DNA of 64,000 nucleotides, taken from NCBI GenBank assembly GCA_965140445.1, contig OZ223236.1, positions 992,001-1,056,000 of the forward strand, given 5' to 3'. The position numbers and the translations under genes were made by a program. Numbering within the stretch: position 1 is the first letter of the stretch; every line of letters begins with the position of its first letter. The notes under the pieces are model-generated. The model was not told the DNA's origin. It did no database searches and saw nothing but the letters and a program-made list of their open reading frames with translations. Origin of the DNA: Candidatus Ozemobacteraceae bacterium. GTDB taxonomy: Bacteria > Muiribacteriota > Ozemobacteria > Ozemobacterales > Ozemobacteraceae. This document shows positions 1 through 10,544 of the stretch, piece after piece.

Positions 1-2
1 AG

Positions 3-1985
3 GATGTTGTTACCAGGGATGTAGAAACTGCGAAGCGTGCTATCGGGATTCTTAAAGAAAATAGAACTGGCCGCGCGACTTTCTTGCCTCTTGATATGAT
101 AAAGGCAGGTCCGAAGTGCGAAAAGCCTAATGCACCTGGCTGTCTTGGAGTTGCTCTGGATCTGGTGGATTTTGACGCAAAGTTTTATACTGCAATGAGT
201 TATCTCCTTGGCCGTATTCTTATTTTTGAAAAGCTGGATGACGCAGTTGCGTATGCAAGGAACCATAGAGATTTTAATCGAATTGTAACTCTTGAGGGTG
301 ATATTGTAAGGTCTTCAGGAGCTTTGACCGGTGGCGGTGAAGCTAAGAAAAGTGGTGGTATTCTTGCTCGAAAGCGAGAGCAGGATGAACTTGAAAGTAA
401 GTTAAAGAGTCTCGAGCATAAAGAGATTAAACTAAAATCTTTGCTTGGAACCCTTCAAAAAGAGCGCCAGAATTTGTTACAAACCACCAGGACAAGAGAA
501 GATGCAATCAATAGAAGAAGGCATTCATTAGAATTTTTTGAAAGATCATTCGAAAAGAATTCTGCTGAACTTAAGACCAGAAGCGATGAATTCTCCAACA
601 TTGAAAAAGATAGAGCTGAAATCAGCCAGCGCCTGGCAGAGCTGAAGAAGGACATGGAGCTTGCTTCCAGAGAACTTGAAGAGCTTGAACTCCAGAATCA
701 GGATTTATCAACTAACTTGAATTCCCTCAGTGGCAAAGAGGAAGCTATACAATCCAGACTTGCAGAGCTAAACGGGATTTTGAGTGAACGAAAGCTTGAG
801 CTTGCTCAGATTGTTGAACGTAAAAAAGCAGTAAAAAAAGAAATTGAAATGGCTACCCGAAGAAGAAAGGAAGCCCAGGAAAGAAAAGATAAATCTTCTG
901 CTGAAATCGAACGCCTCAAACAGGCTATTGTTGACGGAGAAAGGCAAGTTGAAGAAATTCAGAAGCAATTTTCCGAACTCGAAAAACAAAAAAATACCCT
1001 TGAAGCTGCAATGGAAGATCTGCAGAACAATTACCGCCAGATTTCCAAGGAGCTGGATCAGTTAGATCATGCTTATCAAAGTAGGGTAAGAATTGAAGAT
1101 TCAACCCGCAAAAAGCTTTCAGAATTAGATATTAAGCTTGCGGAAGTAAAAACTCATATTAGTAACAAAGAAGGCATTCTTCGTGGCGAGTTTAATCTCA
1201 GTGTTGAAGAGATTGGCGGCCACAATTACAAGTATGACAATCGCGAAGAGCTTTCTAATACTATTACTCAGAGAAAATTTGAACAACAGGCTTTGGAGCC
1301 GGTAAACCCATTGGCAATCGAAGATTACGAAAAAAGTAAAGAGCGTTATGACTTTTTGAACAGCCAGGTTGATGATATGACCGAAGCTGCAGATTCTTTG
1401 CTTGAGGTTATTACCGAAATTGAGAAAATTTCATCAGAAAGGTTCCTTGAAACTTTTGAGCAGATCAATATTGCTTTTGATGGAATTTTTGAAATTCTGT
1501 TCCCCGGCGGAACAGGAATGTTAAAGCTTAGTAACAAGGATGAGCCTCTAGAGAGCAATGTTGAAATTATCTGCAGGTTGCCCGGAAAGAAACTTTCGAC
1601 CCTTGAGCTATTCAGCGGTGGGGAAAAGGCTTTGATTTCTCTGGCTCTTTTATTCTCTATTTTGCAGGTAAAACCGCCGGCATTTTGTCTTCTTGATGAA
1701 GTGGAGGCAGCACTTGATGAGGCAAATGTAAGAAGATTTACCAGAATGCTTCGTAGTTTTGCTGATAAAACCCAGTTTTTACTTATTACGCACAATAAGG
1801 AAACTATGCAGGCTGTTGACGTTATTTATGGTATAACTTTGCAGAAGAATGGAATTTCTCGCCCAATTTCCATCCGACTTGAAGACGAGGATATGATTAA
1901 GGAATTTACAGTCAATCGTTCTGGACAGGTGAAGAGCAAGAATACAGCACTTGGATCAGAGAAGGTTGCTGAGGAGAATACATGA
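3..1985 (+). CDS. smc: Chromosome segregation protein SMC, 5'-truncated by the window edge
   Basis: Frame is open from base 3 (hinge GRATFLPLD), then long coiled coil, signature FSGGEK, Walker B FCLLDEVEAALD, and ITHN; smc-ftsY synteny. Confidence 0.97.
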   Translation, partial: DVVTRDVETAKRAIGILKENRTGRATFLPLDMIKAGPKCEKPNAPGCLGVALDLVDFDAKFYTAMSYLLGRILIFEKLDDAVAYARNHRDFNRIVTLEGDIVRSSGALTGGGEAKKSGGILARKREQDELESKLKSLEHKEIKLKSLLGTLQKERQNLLQTTRTREDAINRRRHSLEFFERSFEKNSAELKTRSDEFSNIEKDRAEISQRLAELKKDMELASRELEELELQNQDLSTNLNSLSGKEEAIQSRLAELNGILSERKLELAQIVERKKAVKKEIEMATRRRKEAQERKDKSSAEIERLKQAIVDGERQVEEIQKQFSELEKQKNTLEAAMEDLQNNYRQISKELDQLDHAYQSRVRIEDSTRKKLSELDIKLAEVKTHISNKEGILRGEFNLSVEEIGGHNYKYDNREELSNTITQRKFEQQALEPVNPLAIEDYEKSKERYDFLNSQVDDMTEAADSLLEVITEIEKISSERFLETFEQINIAFDGIFEILFPGGTGMLKLSNKDEPLESNVEIICRLPGKKLSTLELFSGGEKALISLALLFSILQVKPPAFCLLDEVEAALDEANVRRFTRMLRSFADKTQFLLITHNKETMQAVDVIYGITLQKNGISRPISIRLEDEDMIKEFTVNRSGQVKSKNTALGSEKVAEENT

Positions 1986-3400
1986 TGAGCGATGAGAAAA
2001 AGTTGAAAAACGAACAAAAACCACCACAACAATGGGATGAGGCACGCGTCATTGTCCTGTTGATTGGTATCAGCTTAATGATCGAAGGCGGTTTGATTTA
2101 TTTTCAAGCCGGCTCAAGTCAGATGGTTGTTTCTGGTGTTACAGCTGTAGCCGGTCTTACTCTACTGCTTTTTGCATGGTTTGTTCCACTGGATGAAGAA
2201 TCAATTGACGAACTATCTACGGATCTCGAAGACGATAAAAAAGAGGCTATTGCAGATAAAACCGCTGTAGAAATTGAGAAAAAAGAAGAGCCTAAAGAAA
2301 AGGTGACTCTTGAGTCTGAAGCGGTAGAAGAAAAAAAGCCTGAAGCTGCAGATAAAAAAATAGAAGAAGTTGCTCCTGAAGCAGAAGCTCCTAAAGAAGA
2401 AAAGGCTGTTGTTGAAGAAAAACCAGTCGTTGAAGAAGAGCCAGAATTAACCTGGTTTCAACGCTTAACCAGAGGGCTTACTAAGACAAGAACAGGTTTC
2501 GTCGGTAAGCTAAAAAAATTGGTTCTCGGCAAGACTGAGATTGATGAAGAACTACTTGATGAATTAGAGGAAACTCTTTTTGAAGCAGATGTGGGAGTAA
2601 AAACTACTCAGGAATTATTAGAGGTTCTTCATAAAAAAGTTGAAGAAGAAGAAATTAAAGAACCTCAAAAGATTTATGAAATTTTGAAAGAACAGCTTAA
2701 AGCTAAGCTTACAAGGTTTTCTTCAGACCCAAAACTCAATCCAGACGGGCTTACAGTCTTTTTGATTATTGGGGTTAATGGAGTTGGAAAAACAACAACA
2801 ATTGCTAAACTTGCACATAAATACATTAGTGAAGGTAAGAAAGTTGTTCTGGCTGCAGGTGATACATTCAGAGCGGCTGCTATTGATCAACTTACTATCT
2901 GGGGCGAAAGAGTTGGCGCGGAAGTTATTCGCGGCACTGAAGGTGGAGATCCTGGAGCTTTGGCATTTGATGCAATTCATGCAGCAAAGAAAAGAGAAGC
3001 TGATATTTTGATCATTGATACTGCTGGAAGAATGCATGTTAAGGCAAACCTGATGGCAGAGTTGAAAAAGGTCGAAAAGATTGCGGAAAAAGAAAGCGAT
3101 GGCGGCCCACATGAAGTTTTGCTGGTGCTAGATGCAACAACAGGACAGAATGCTGTTCAACAGGCAAAGCTGTTTAATGAAGCTATTCCTATTTCGGGGT
3201 TGGTAATTACCAAACTGGATGGAACTGCCAAGGGTGGGGTGTTATTTGCGGTTGAAGAGCAGATAAATGCACCAGTTAAGTTTATTGGAGTTGGTGAAAA
3301 GATGAATGATCTTATGTCATTTGATCCAGAGCAGTTTCTTGAAGCGTTGTTCTCAGATGATTCTGAAAAAACAAAGCAGAGTGATTACGAGGTATTGTAG
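1982..3400 (+). CDS. ftsY: SRP receptor FtsY with an N-terminal hydrophobic hairpin and acidic linker
   Basis: GVNGVGKTTT, DTFRAAA, DTAGR, DATTGQNA and TKLDGTAKGG motifs. Confidence 0.97.
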   Translation: MMSDEKKLKNEQKPPQQWDEARVIVLLIGISLMIEGGLIYFQAGSSQMVVSGVTAVAGLTLLLFAWFVPLDEESIDELSTDLEDDKKEAIADKTAVEIEKKEEPKEKVTLESEAVEEKKPEAADKKIEEVAPEAEAPKEEKAVVEEKPVVEEEPELTWFQRLTRGLTKTRTGFVGKLKKLVLGKTEIDEELLDELEETLFEADVGVKTTQELLEVLHKKVEEEEIKEPQKIYEILKEQLKAKLTRFSSDPKLNPDGLTVFLIIGVNGVGKTTTIAKLAHKYISEGKKVVLAAGDTFRAAAIDQLTIWGERVGAEVIRGTEGGDPGALAFDAIHAAKKREADILIIDTAGRMHVKANLMAELKKVEKIAEKESDGGPHEVLLVLDATTGQNAVQQAKLFNEAIPISGLVITKLDGTAKGGVLFAVEEQINAPVKFIGVGEKMNDLMSFDPEQFLEALFSDDSEKTKQSDYEVL

Positions 3401-3423
3401 AAGCTTAAGTTTTTTTATTTAAT

Positions 3424-4149
3424 TTATTCAAACATAAAAAAGCTGTTCCATTTGTTAAGGCAAGTGGAGCAGTTTTTTTTGAATTCCAAAACCAATGGTT
3501 CCAAATCGGTTTTAGAAAAATCTTTTGAATAGTTTTTCAGTCTGGAGTATTCTTCAATCAAGTCACTGAGGTCTTTCTCAAGAATCTTTGTGTGTTCATA
3601 GCCAGGCTGAAGTAAATTTTGTGCCTTTTCCAATGGGTTTTTGATAACGGTTGTAAACCAATTATCATCTGCGAAGTTTATTGTGTCGCTAAAAGAATGT
3701 TTTGCTTCTTTAGCCCTCTCATGAAAAGCTTTTAACGCATCTGGAACTGTTAGATTTTCAAAAAATATTTTTACTCTTTCGATCTCCAGGTCGTTTGCAT
3801 TGTTATTGCTAAGAGTTTTTAGGGAATGACCAATGCCAGCGAGCTTTTTTTTCCATAAATCCTTGCTTATAAAATTAACTGTAGGTGGCATCCCGGAGTC
3901 ATTGTGAGCCAGGAAAAAGTCAATCCAGTCGTTGAATAAGGCCCCGATACGTTTCGCCTTGTCTGGAGTATTCAAAGAAACCGCAAGCTTTGCTTCTTCT
4001 ATGAGATTAATTATTCTGATACATCTCGTATTAAAGCTATTTTGGGCAAAGCTTGAGATATCGCAAGCTTGAGATGGAGCTGCTTGAAAAAGAGGCGAGA
4101 TAAAAAAAACAACCACCAAAAAGATTAACTTTCTGATGGTTGTTTTCAT
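3424..4149 (-). CDS. Hypothetical secreted helical protein
   Basis: 241-aa ORF with signal peptide; last gene of the minus-strand pilin cassette. Confidence 0.7.
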   Translation of the reverse strand: MKTTIRKLIFLVVVFFISPLFQAAPSQACDISSFAQNSFNTRCIRIINLIEEAKLAVSLNTPDKAKRIGALFNDWIDFFLAHNDSGMPPTVNFISKDLWKKKLAGIGHSLKTLSNNNANDLEIERVKIFFENLTVPDALKAFHERAKEAKHSFSDTINFADDNWFTTVIKNPLEKAQNLLQPGYEHTKILEKDLSDLIEEYSRLKNYSKDFSKTDLEPLVLEFKKNCSTCLNKWNSFFMFE

Positions 4150-4158
4150 TGTTTTTAA

Positions 4159-7100
4159 CTAGTTAGTTCGAATTTCTTTGTTTTCTAATACTCTAGTATT
4201 GAAGGTATTGTCCAGAATTCTTACTGGAATTGTAATTGTGCGTTCGTTACCCTGATCATCTTTAGCCTGAAGAGTAATTCTTACTTGATTGGTTCCGGCA
4301 ACAACTTTCATAGGCATATCAATTGAGAACCTGGCTCTTGGTTTATCAAGTTGAGTGTTTGGCGCTCCACTTGAATCAACGCTGGATACCTTTGAAATCA
4401 AATTGGCATTTGCTGGAAGCATGCTTGAATTTGCACCATCAGTTAAGTCTGTTATAGATATTGTTGCTTCTTTTAAAGCTTTATAATTAACATTGTCAGT
4501 GATGTTTATGTTAACAAGTAGTCGGCTTGATCTTCTGAATGCAGGGATTGAACTGTCTCCAAGAACCAGCTGTGTGTCAACCAGAGTGGTTCCAATTGGA
4601 GTTGGGTATGCAGCACAGCCTTCGATATCATTTGCTGTATAGCTTGAAATTCCAGAATTGTTCTGAAGATTGTAACAAGCGGCTGTAAGACTACACTTTC
4701 CAAGTAATTCAGGGGTTGTTGGAACTCGCACAAGGTCTTTTTCATTTTCTTCGAGTTTGAAAACCCATCTTCGGTTATCGATTTGTGACACAAGCTCAAC
4801 TTCCAGTGTTGGCGGATCATTGTCTATACGAGTTACAGCTTTGGAGAACATTTGTACTCCACCTTCCGGTAAAGCAGCGCTAGGATAGATATCGTTCCAT
4901 GCATCAGCAAGATAGAACTTATGAGAAATATCTTGAGAATCAGTTCCGATACCATCATGAATCTCGCCAAAGGCAGTATAGTTAAGATTGCCAACCCAAT
5001 TGGCAAGGGTGCCGTCCTGGGTGAATGGGCCAGTTGGTCCATAATAAGCAATATTTTGTTTGAAAGTGGAAGTTTTAAGCCAGCTGTCTTCTTTATAGAA
5101 TGTGTCGGAATTTGGTCCAGGATTGTGAGTTACATCTGAAATTTTGGTTCCGAGGAGTGTGTAAGGTTTATTGGCATCAGATGTATCACAAGGACGAGCT
5201 TCGTCTACTTTTTCAAAAGCAAGTTCGAAGTCTTTAATATCTGCCATTGGGTTGTTGTCAGATACCTGGAATTCAACTTCTACATCATCAACAGGATCAT
5301 TTGTTGTTTGAATGATAGTGTCGCTCATTGCATCAGTAACTTTTGGAATATCAGAGTCTCTGACCAGAATGTTCCAATAATCTTTTGCAGATGCGTAAAG
5401 AGTCTCTCCATCTGTAACCTTGAAGCTTTGGTTGGCCAGGAAGTTAGCTCCATTTTCAGTTGCCTGAATCTTACTTATAATGTGGATCGGTTTTGAATTT
5501 GCAACTCCATCTTCTACATATGGAACCAGGCTGCTGAAACGATTTTCTGTTGTGGTGGTATCACCAAGATCGGAGTTGTTCCAGCTAACTCTTGGGTAGA
5601 CAATTTCCAGATGAAGGGCATAGGTTTCCGGATCAATTGGAGTAGCTATTTTTTCAATTCTACCTTGAGGTACTTTTATGTTGAATCGGTATTTTCTATC
5701 GCCAATTTCTGTCATTGTTACTATTGGAGATGATTCAGCGCAGTTTCCCTGAGCAATTTTAGTTCCGCGAGGAATTACAGAATCAGCTGTAGGAGCTGTT
5801 TCTGAAGCTATATTTGGTGGTCTTATAGGATTGAGATACATGCTCCACTGGATAAATCTAAGATCGTTACTTGTTGGTGGTATGTCCATTCTGGTGCCAC
5901 AGAAATGCTTGTTTTGATTATCTCCAGCCTTTTTCCATCCAGGGTTGTAAATATTAAGATTTACATTGCTTGAGATTGGATTGAGCGATCCAGCTGTGTA
6001 GTTGTAAACATGCCCTGTGGTAGAAATTGAACCAGTCGGGATTGAATAGTCCATATTTGCAAAAACGTTTTTCATTTCGTTGTACAATTTTTCGTAATAC
6101 AGATAATCCCATACTCCAACACCGTCATATGTTGATAGAGCAGAGTTGATGTTGCTTTTTACATTTGCATCGCGAACGAATTGGGCATCAAAAGAAAATT
6201 CAATAGCATTCATTTCTTTGTCTTCAGCTATGTCATAGTCTGAATTTATTGTTGAGTTGCTGGTTACATTTTGGAATTTTCTAGATAGCGGTTTTAGAGT
6301 GATATTAGAAACATAGCTCTGTGTCTGGTTAAGGGCAAGGGTTGCTGAGTAAACTTTAACTAGATACTCGTAGCTTTCGGTTTGTACAACTGAACTTGAA
6401 AGGTCGCTGGGTCTGGCATTTGGATTTGTTGCCAGAACAGAGTAATCAAATTTGTTATATTTAATATTTGCTTTGAGGATGAAGTTTCCTGGATGCGGGA
6501 ACTTACAATTGATTTCACCATTTTCATTTGTCGTGGTAAGACTTGTTACATCCATTTCTTCCAGAACAGTATAGTTCGTGAGGTCGCCTTCAATCCATTT
6601 TAGAGTCCATGTGATATCTGTTTTCTTAGTGGCAGATTCAAACATTGTTGATGGAAATCCACTTGATACACCATCATTATCTTCATCATGATTGTATGTT
6701 CCATCTGGTGCTGGAACAAGATTCAGTGCAAGGTCGGAGTGAATAACAGTGCCCGTGTTTGGATCTACCACATTACCTATTGATTTGAGGCCGTATCTAA
6801 CGCCGTTGATAAAAGGTTTATAACCTTCAATTTTAAGTGTGAGGGTTTCGCCTTCAGCTATTGAAGTTGTGCTGTTAAGAGGAGGTGAGCCAGCGCCTGC
6901 TGATAGTCTTATGATATGAGGTTTGTCTGGCGAAGAGTTGTAGTCTTCCGGGATCTTAGCAACGTTAACTACAGACATTTCGCCAGGAAACAATGAGTTT
7001 CTTTCACCTTCTGGCTCAACGGACCATGCGCTGCCTACCCATGCTAATGAACCATTTGACTGTTTTTCTATTTTTCTAGTCCATAGATCATAACCTGCAT

Positions 7101-8856
7101 TTAATTCGCCCCAATTCTCTTCTGATCCGAGAGCTCCAGTTGCAGGTGCGTATCTTTTGATTTTCTTTTGAACGAGTTGTTCAATAGTAACAATTTTATA
7201 ATCTCCAGCCTGTTCTGACCCGTCCGGGATAACAGTTGGAGGAGTTGGGTCTGTGTCATCGCCGCCATTATTGCTTCTTAGCCATGTGCTTACTTTTCCA
7301 AAGTTAGGATCAGAATTTGGATTGTTTACGTCCAACATTTTAGCAGCCATTACAGCATCTGAAGGAGTTTTTTCATTTCTCATAACATAGAGATAACCTT
7401 CTCCGTCAATCCCTATATCTTCAACTTCGCCGGAAAGCACTCCAACTACTTCAGGGGTTGGGGAGTCATTTTGCACAAAGTCTAATTTTTGAATAACCCC
7501 AGTTTCTTTGAAATATTCATATGCTATACCGCCGCGTCCCCACCATGAATCCTGCACGATGAATTTATCGGCTTTTGAAGCATAGATGAAATCCAGACCA
7601 TTTGCTGATGAAAAGTTTGAAGAAACACCAAGAACATTAATTTCATCAGGAGTAATTCCGGCGGCTTCAAGGTATCCTTTGTTGGTAATGATATCCGCAA
7701 AGGAACCATCTGATTTAGTTAATGAATATGGAACACTAACAGATGGATTGCTGCTAAAAACTACTCTTAAGGCAGCGTTTGCTTTGTCTGCTTCTGTAGA
7801 GAATGGTCCAGCTTTTTTACCTTCAGGGTTGAAACCGTATCTGTTTCCTCTGGTGGAAGTGAAAACATAAACTTCTGTCATCTGAGTTAAAACGTTGTTT
7901 TCTCCCAGAGTCCCACCAGGAATACAGTTGTCTCCGCAACCCTTTCCATAAGCTTCTGTTACTTTAATGTCTTTGGCGGACAATACGCCAGCACTTTGTT
8001 TGTAAGGCGCAGAGCAAGGATTGTAGTCGTTGGCAGCCCAGAGATCGAGGGTTTTGGTTCTGTGTTTGTAGATTCTTTTTACAACGCATGAAAATCTGGT
8101 TTTATCAGACTCATGGCCTGCATCAGCGTCTGTATACAGAAGAGTTGGTTTGGTATTTCCGTTTAAACCTATTGTTCCATCAAGTGGTTCGCCAGGAAAT
8201 TCTGTGTTTTTTGTTGTTCCGTATGCATAATATGCTCCAGCGCCCCAATGTGATGGGAGAATCCATTTTGTTGAATCTGTAGGGTGCTGAATTCCAGTTA
8301 CTCCATCCCACATTGGAGTTCCAAGTGTTCCGCTGGAACCGTTTAAATATTTAACTTCAGTTGGACCACCAAATTTTACAGCGTATGAATAGGTTGTTCC
8401 ACCGATGTTAATGTTCTTGTTCCAATATTTGCCTAGCTTGTGAACATTTATCCATGGTCCGTATTGTGAAGGGTTAATTATTTTCAGGTAAATAGCAGAG
8501 TCGTTTTCAAAGGCCATTCCTGTTGGTAACCAGCCTACTGGAGCTTGCTCCCAATCACTTGTCGCTCCACTTGTTGAAAGTAAATAGATCTGGCTTTTCT
8601 GGTTAGCACATAATCCGCTTACTTTTCCTGTGAAGCTATCCAGATTAAAGATTGGATACATTGAAACAGAGGAATTTGGAAGACCCGTAGCATAGGAATT
8701 TAGTCGATAAACTCCGTTTATTCCTTCCAGTTCCTTTGACAACAGTACATAAGTTATCCCGTTAAACACATCTGGTTGAGCAAGAACAGCGGCAGGTGAG
8801 ATTGCCAGACAAAAGCCCAGCAGAATTAAAACCGATTTAAAAAATTTCTTGCTCAT
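4159..8856 (-). CDS. Large secreted beta-rich protein, candidate pilus tip adhesin
   Basis: 1565 aa, signal peptide (AVLA|Q), GGAGG SD, G/S/T/N/D-rich, DEDNDG motif, Ig-like C-terminal strands; adhesin role is inferred from context. Confidence 0.7.
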   Translation of the reverse strand: MSKKFFKSVLILLGFCLAISPAAVLAQPDVFNGITYVLLSKELEGINGVYRLNSYATGLPNSSVSMYPIFNLDSFTGKVSGLCANQKSQIYLLSTSGATSDWEQAPVGWLPTGMAFENDSAIYLKIINPSQYGPWINVHKLGKYWNKNINIGGTTYSYAVKFGGPTEVKYLNGSSGTLGTPMWDGVTGIQHPTDSTKWILPSHWGAGAYYAYGTTKNTEFPGEPLDGTIGLNGNTKPTLLYTDADAGHESDKTRFSCVVKRIYKHRTKTLDLWAANDYNPCSAPYKQSAGVLSAKDIKVTEAYGKGCGDNCIPGGTLGENNVLTQMTEVYVFTSTRGNRYGFNPEGKKAGPFSTEADKANAALRVVFSSNPSVSVPYSLTKSDGSFADIITNKGYLEAAGITPDEINVLGVSSNFSSANGLDFIYASKADKFIVQDSWWGRGGIAYEYFKETGVIQKLDFVQNDSPTPEVVGVLSGEVEDIGIDGEGYLYVMRNEKTPSDAVMAAKMLDVNNPNSDPNFGKVSTWLRSNNGGDDTDPTPPTVIPDGSEQAGDYKIVTIEQLVQKKIKRYAPATGALGSEENWGELNAGYDLWTRKIEKQSNGSLAWVGSAWSVEPEGERNSLFPGEMSVVNVAKIPEDYNSSPDKPHIIRLSAGAGSPPLNSTTSIAEGETLTLKIEGYKPFINGVRYGLKSIGNVVDPNTGTVIHSDLALNLVPAPDGTYNHDEDNDGVSSGFPSTMFESATKKTDITWTLKWIEGDLTNYTVLEEMDVTSLTTTNENGEINCKFPHPGNFILKANIKYNKFDYSVLATNPNARPSDLSSSVVQTESYEYLVKVYSATLALNQTQSYVSNITLKPLSRKFQNVTSNSTINSDYDIAEDKEMNAIEFSFDAQFVRDANVKSNINSALSTYDGVGVWDYLYYEKLYNEMKNVFANMDYSIPTGSISTTGHVYNYTAGSLNPISSNVNLNIYNPGWKKAGDNQNKHFCGTRMDIPPTSNDLRFIQWSMYLNPIRPPNIASETAPTADSVIPRGTKIAQGNCAESSPIVTMTEIGDRKYRFNIKVPQGRIEKIATPIDPETYALHLEIVYPRVSWNNSDLGDTTTTENRFSSLVPYVEDGVANSKPIHIISKIQATENGANFLANQSFKVTDGETLYASAKDYWNILVRDSDIPKVTDAMSDTIIQTTNDPVDDVEVEFQVSDNNPMADIKDFELAFEKVDEARPCDTSDANKPYTLLGTKISDVTHNPGPNSDTFYKEDSWLKTSTFKQNIAYYGPTGPFTQDGTLANWVGNLNYTAFGEIHDGIGTDSQDISHKFYLADAWNDIYPSAALPEGGVQMFSKAVTRIDNDPPTLEVELVSQIDNRRWVFKLEENEKDLVRVPTTPELLGKCSLTAACYNLQNNSGISSYTANDIEGCAAYPTPIGTTLVDTQLVLGDSSIPAFRRSSRLLVNINITDNVNYKALKEATISITDLTDGANSSMLPANANLISKVSSVDSSGAPNTQLDKPRARFSIDMPMKVVAGTNQVRITLQAKDDQGNERTITIPVRILDNTFNTRVLENKEIRTN

Positions 8857-8890
8857 ATTAAATTTCCTCCGAAGGGATGTTAAGTTAAAA

Positions 8891-9820
8891 CTAGTTTTCG
8901 ATAAGTTTTTTATAGAACTTTTGTATAAAGTCTCTTTGTTCTTTTTTTACGTTGTATTTTTGGTAGATATAGTCGATTACAGCAGGTGTCATGTTAATTC
9001 CACCTTTAAGAACAAATCGTGCCAATCTTGGATCAGCACAATTCATAAGGTTTCTATTCTTGTTTTCAAGCCAGTTTTTAAGGGCAGCGGCACGGTTCTG
9101 TTCTGCTTCTTTTTCGTCTTCCTCAACTTTGGTCATGTCAGCTGCAAAAAAATCTTTCATGGGGTTGGTTGACATAACTTTGCTTGAGAATGATCTGTCA
9201 AAAGCGAAAGAACTGTTAAAGACGAATGGAATATCGTAATGGGTGGCGATTGCGTCAATGGCCTTGTAGCTGTCATCTAAAATGATTTCAAAAACTTTGG
9301 CCGTTTCTTTGTGCGTGGCAAAGCTGGTGTAAGCGCTTTCCTTATTAAGTTTTTGAAGTTGGTTTTCCATCATTTTTATGCCTGTTTTTATTTCACTGAG
9401 TTTCGCATAAAACTCTCTATCGAGCTTGCTCCTCTTTTCATTATACAGCTCAGTAGAAATTTGGGAACCTTTTGTACCTAATTTTGTGCTATTTGATATT
9501 TTTTTTGCATCTTTGAGGTATTTTTTTTCTTCAGCATCCCTTTCTTTCTTTAGCGCAGAAAGATTTGCTTTTATTTGATTAATTTCTGTTGTTAGATTAT
9601 TGCGATTTTCCGCTTCTTTTTTCTTAATATCCTTTTCATCAATAGCATTGAGACTAAACCGCGAAAGTTTGCTATCAAAATTTTTCATGGTGGGATGAAG
9701 CAGGATTACTTCAGCGACGTTTACATAACCAAATTGGACTTTTGCTGTTGGTTTTTCAGCGAAAGTCAGGGGTGTGTTACAAATAATAAAAATTGATAAT
9801 AGCAAAAATAATTTTTTCAT
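8891..9820 (-). CDS. Extended OmpH/Skp-like periplasmic protein
   Basis: Signal peptide, FGYVNVAEVI, long coiled coil, IDAIATHYDIPFVF and NMTPAVI parallel the Skp at 39573. Confidence 0.6.
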   Translation of the reverse strand: MKKLFLLLSIFIICNTPLTFAEKPTAKVQFGYVNVAEVILLHPTMKNFDSKLSRFSLNAIDEKDIKKKEAENRNNLTTEINQIKANLSALKKERDAEEKKYLKDAKKISNSTKLGTKGSQISTELYNEKRSKLDREFYAKLSEIKTGIKMMENQLQKLNKESAYTSFATHKETAKVFEIILDDSYKAIDAIATHYDIPFVFNSSFAFDRSFSSKVMSTNPMKDFFAADMTKVEEDEKEAEQNRAAALKNWLENKNRNLMNCADPRLARFVLKGGINMTPAVIDYIYQKYNVKKEQRDFIQKFYKKLIEN

Positions 9821-9821
9821 T

Positions 9822-10544
9822 TTACCAGCCTCCTGTTGAAGAATGAGCTACTAAACTTACATTTGGATTACCTATCGCAGTTTCTGTTCTAACTGTTTTT
9901 CCTCTGGGATATTTACAGCTAATGTCAACTTGAAATGGCCCGCCAGGTGATGCTGGGGGAGTACATAAAATTGATTCTACGTCTTCAACCAAAACGGATT
10001 TAAAAATTCTATTGGCGGAACCAGGTGGGACAAGTGCTCTTCCTAAGACAATTACCTGATCTGCGTTGACCACTTCATTGTATTGATGGTAAAGGAGTTG
10101 TCCTTCGCTTGTTAAGGAAACTATGTGATAAGTAAGGCTTGCAGCCTTGTTTTCCTGATAGCCAATTTTTCCTGGTGTTGATTCAGTAATGTAAAACACT
10201 TTAGTGGCGGGGGTGTTTGTGTCAGCTACTACAGCAGCCTGGGTTGCACAAAGTAATCCCCCGGAATAATAATGCAGGCCGAAGTCGTCAGTATCTCTCT
10301 CTTGTATTCGCCCCGGAAAGGTTAAGGCAGAAGGATATGAAGACTTATTTAAAATTGAATTAATTTGCCGACAGGCAATTCTGAGCGTATTTGTGGTTCT
10401 TTGAATCCACAAGGTTTGTCCGCTCATTGACTGTCCGCCGGAGTATAAGCTGAAAAGCCCGGTCATGAAAAGTCCCAGAACTGCAGATGCGATAATAATC
10501 TCAATCAGGGTAAACCCGGACTTCCTGGAGTGACTAGTTAACAT
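9822..10544 (-). CDS. Type IV prepilin-like protein (PilW/GspJ-like)
   Basis: RKSG|FTLIEIII class III signal. Confidence 0.85.
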   Translation of the reverse strand: MLTSHSRKSGFTLIEIIIASAVLGLFMTGLFSLYSGGQSMSGQTLWIQRTTNTLRIACRQINSILNKSSYPSALTFPGRIQERDTDDFGLHYYSGGLLCATQAAVVADTNTPATKVFYITESTPGKIGYQENKAASLTYHIVSLTSEGQLLYHQYNEVVNADQVIVLGRALVPPGSANRIFKSVLVEDVESILCTPPASPGGPFQVDISCKYPRGKTVRTETAIGNPNVSLVAHSSTGGW

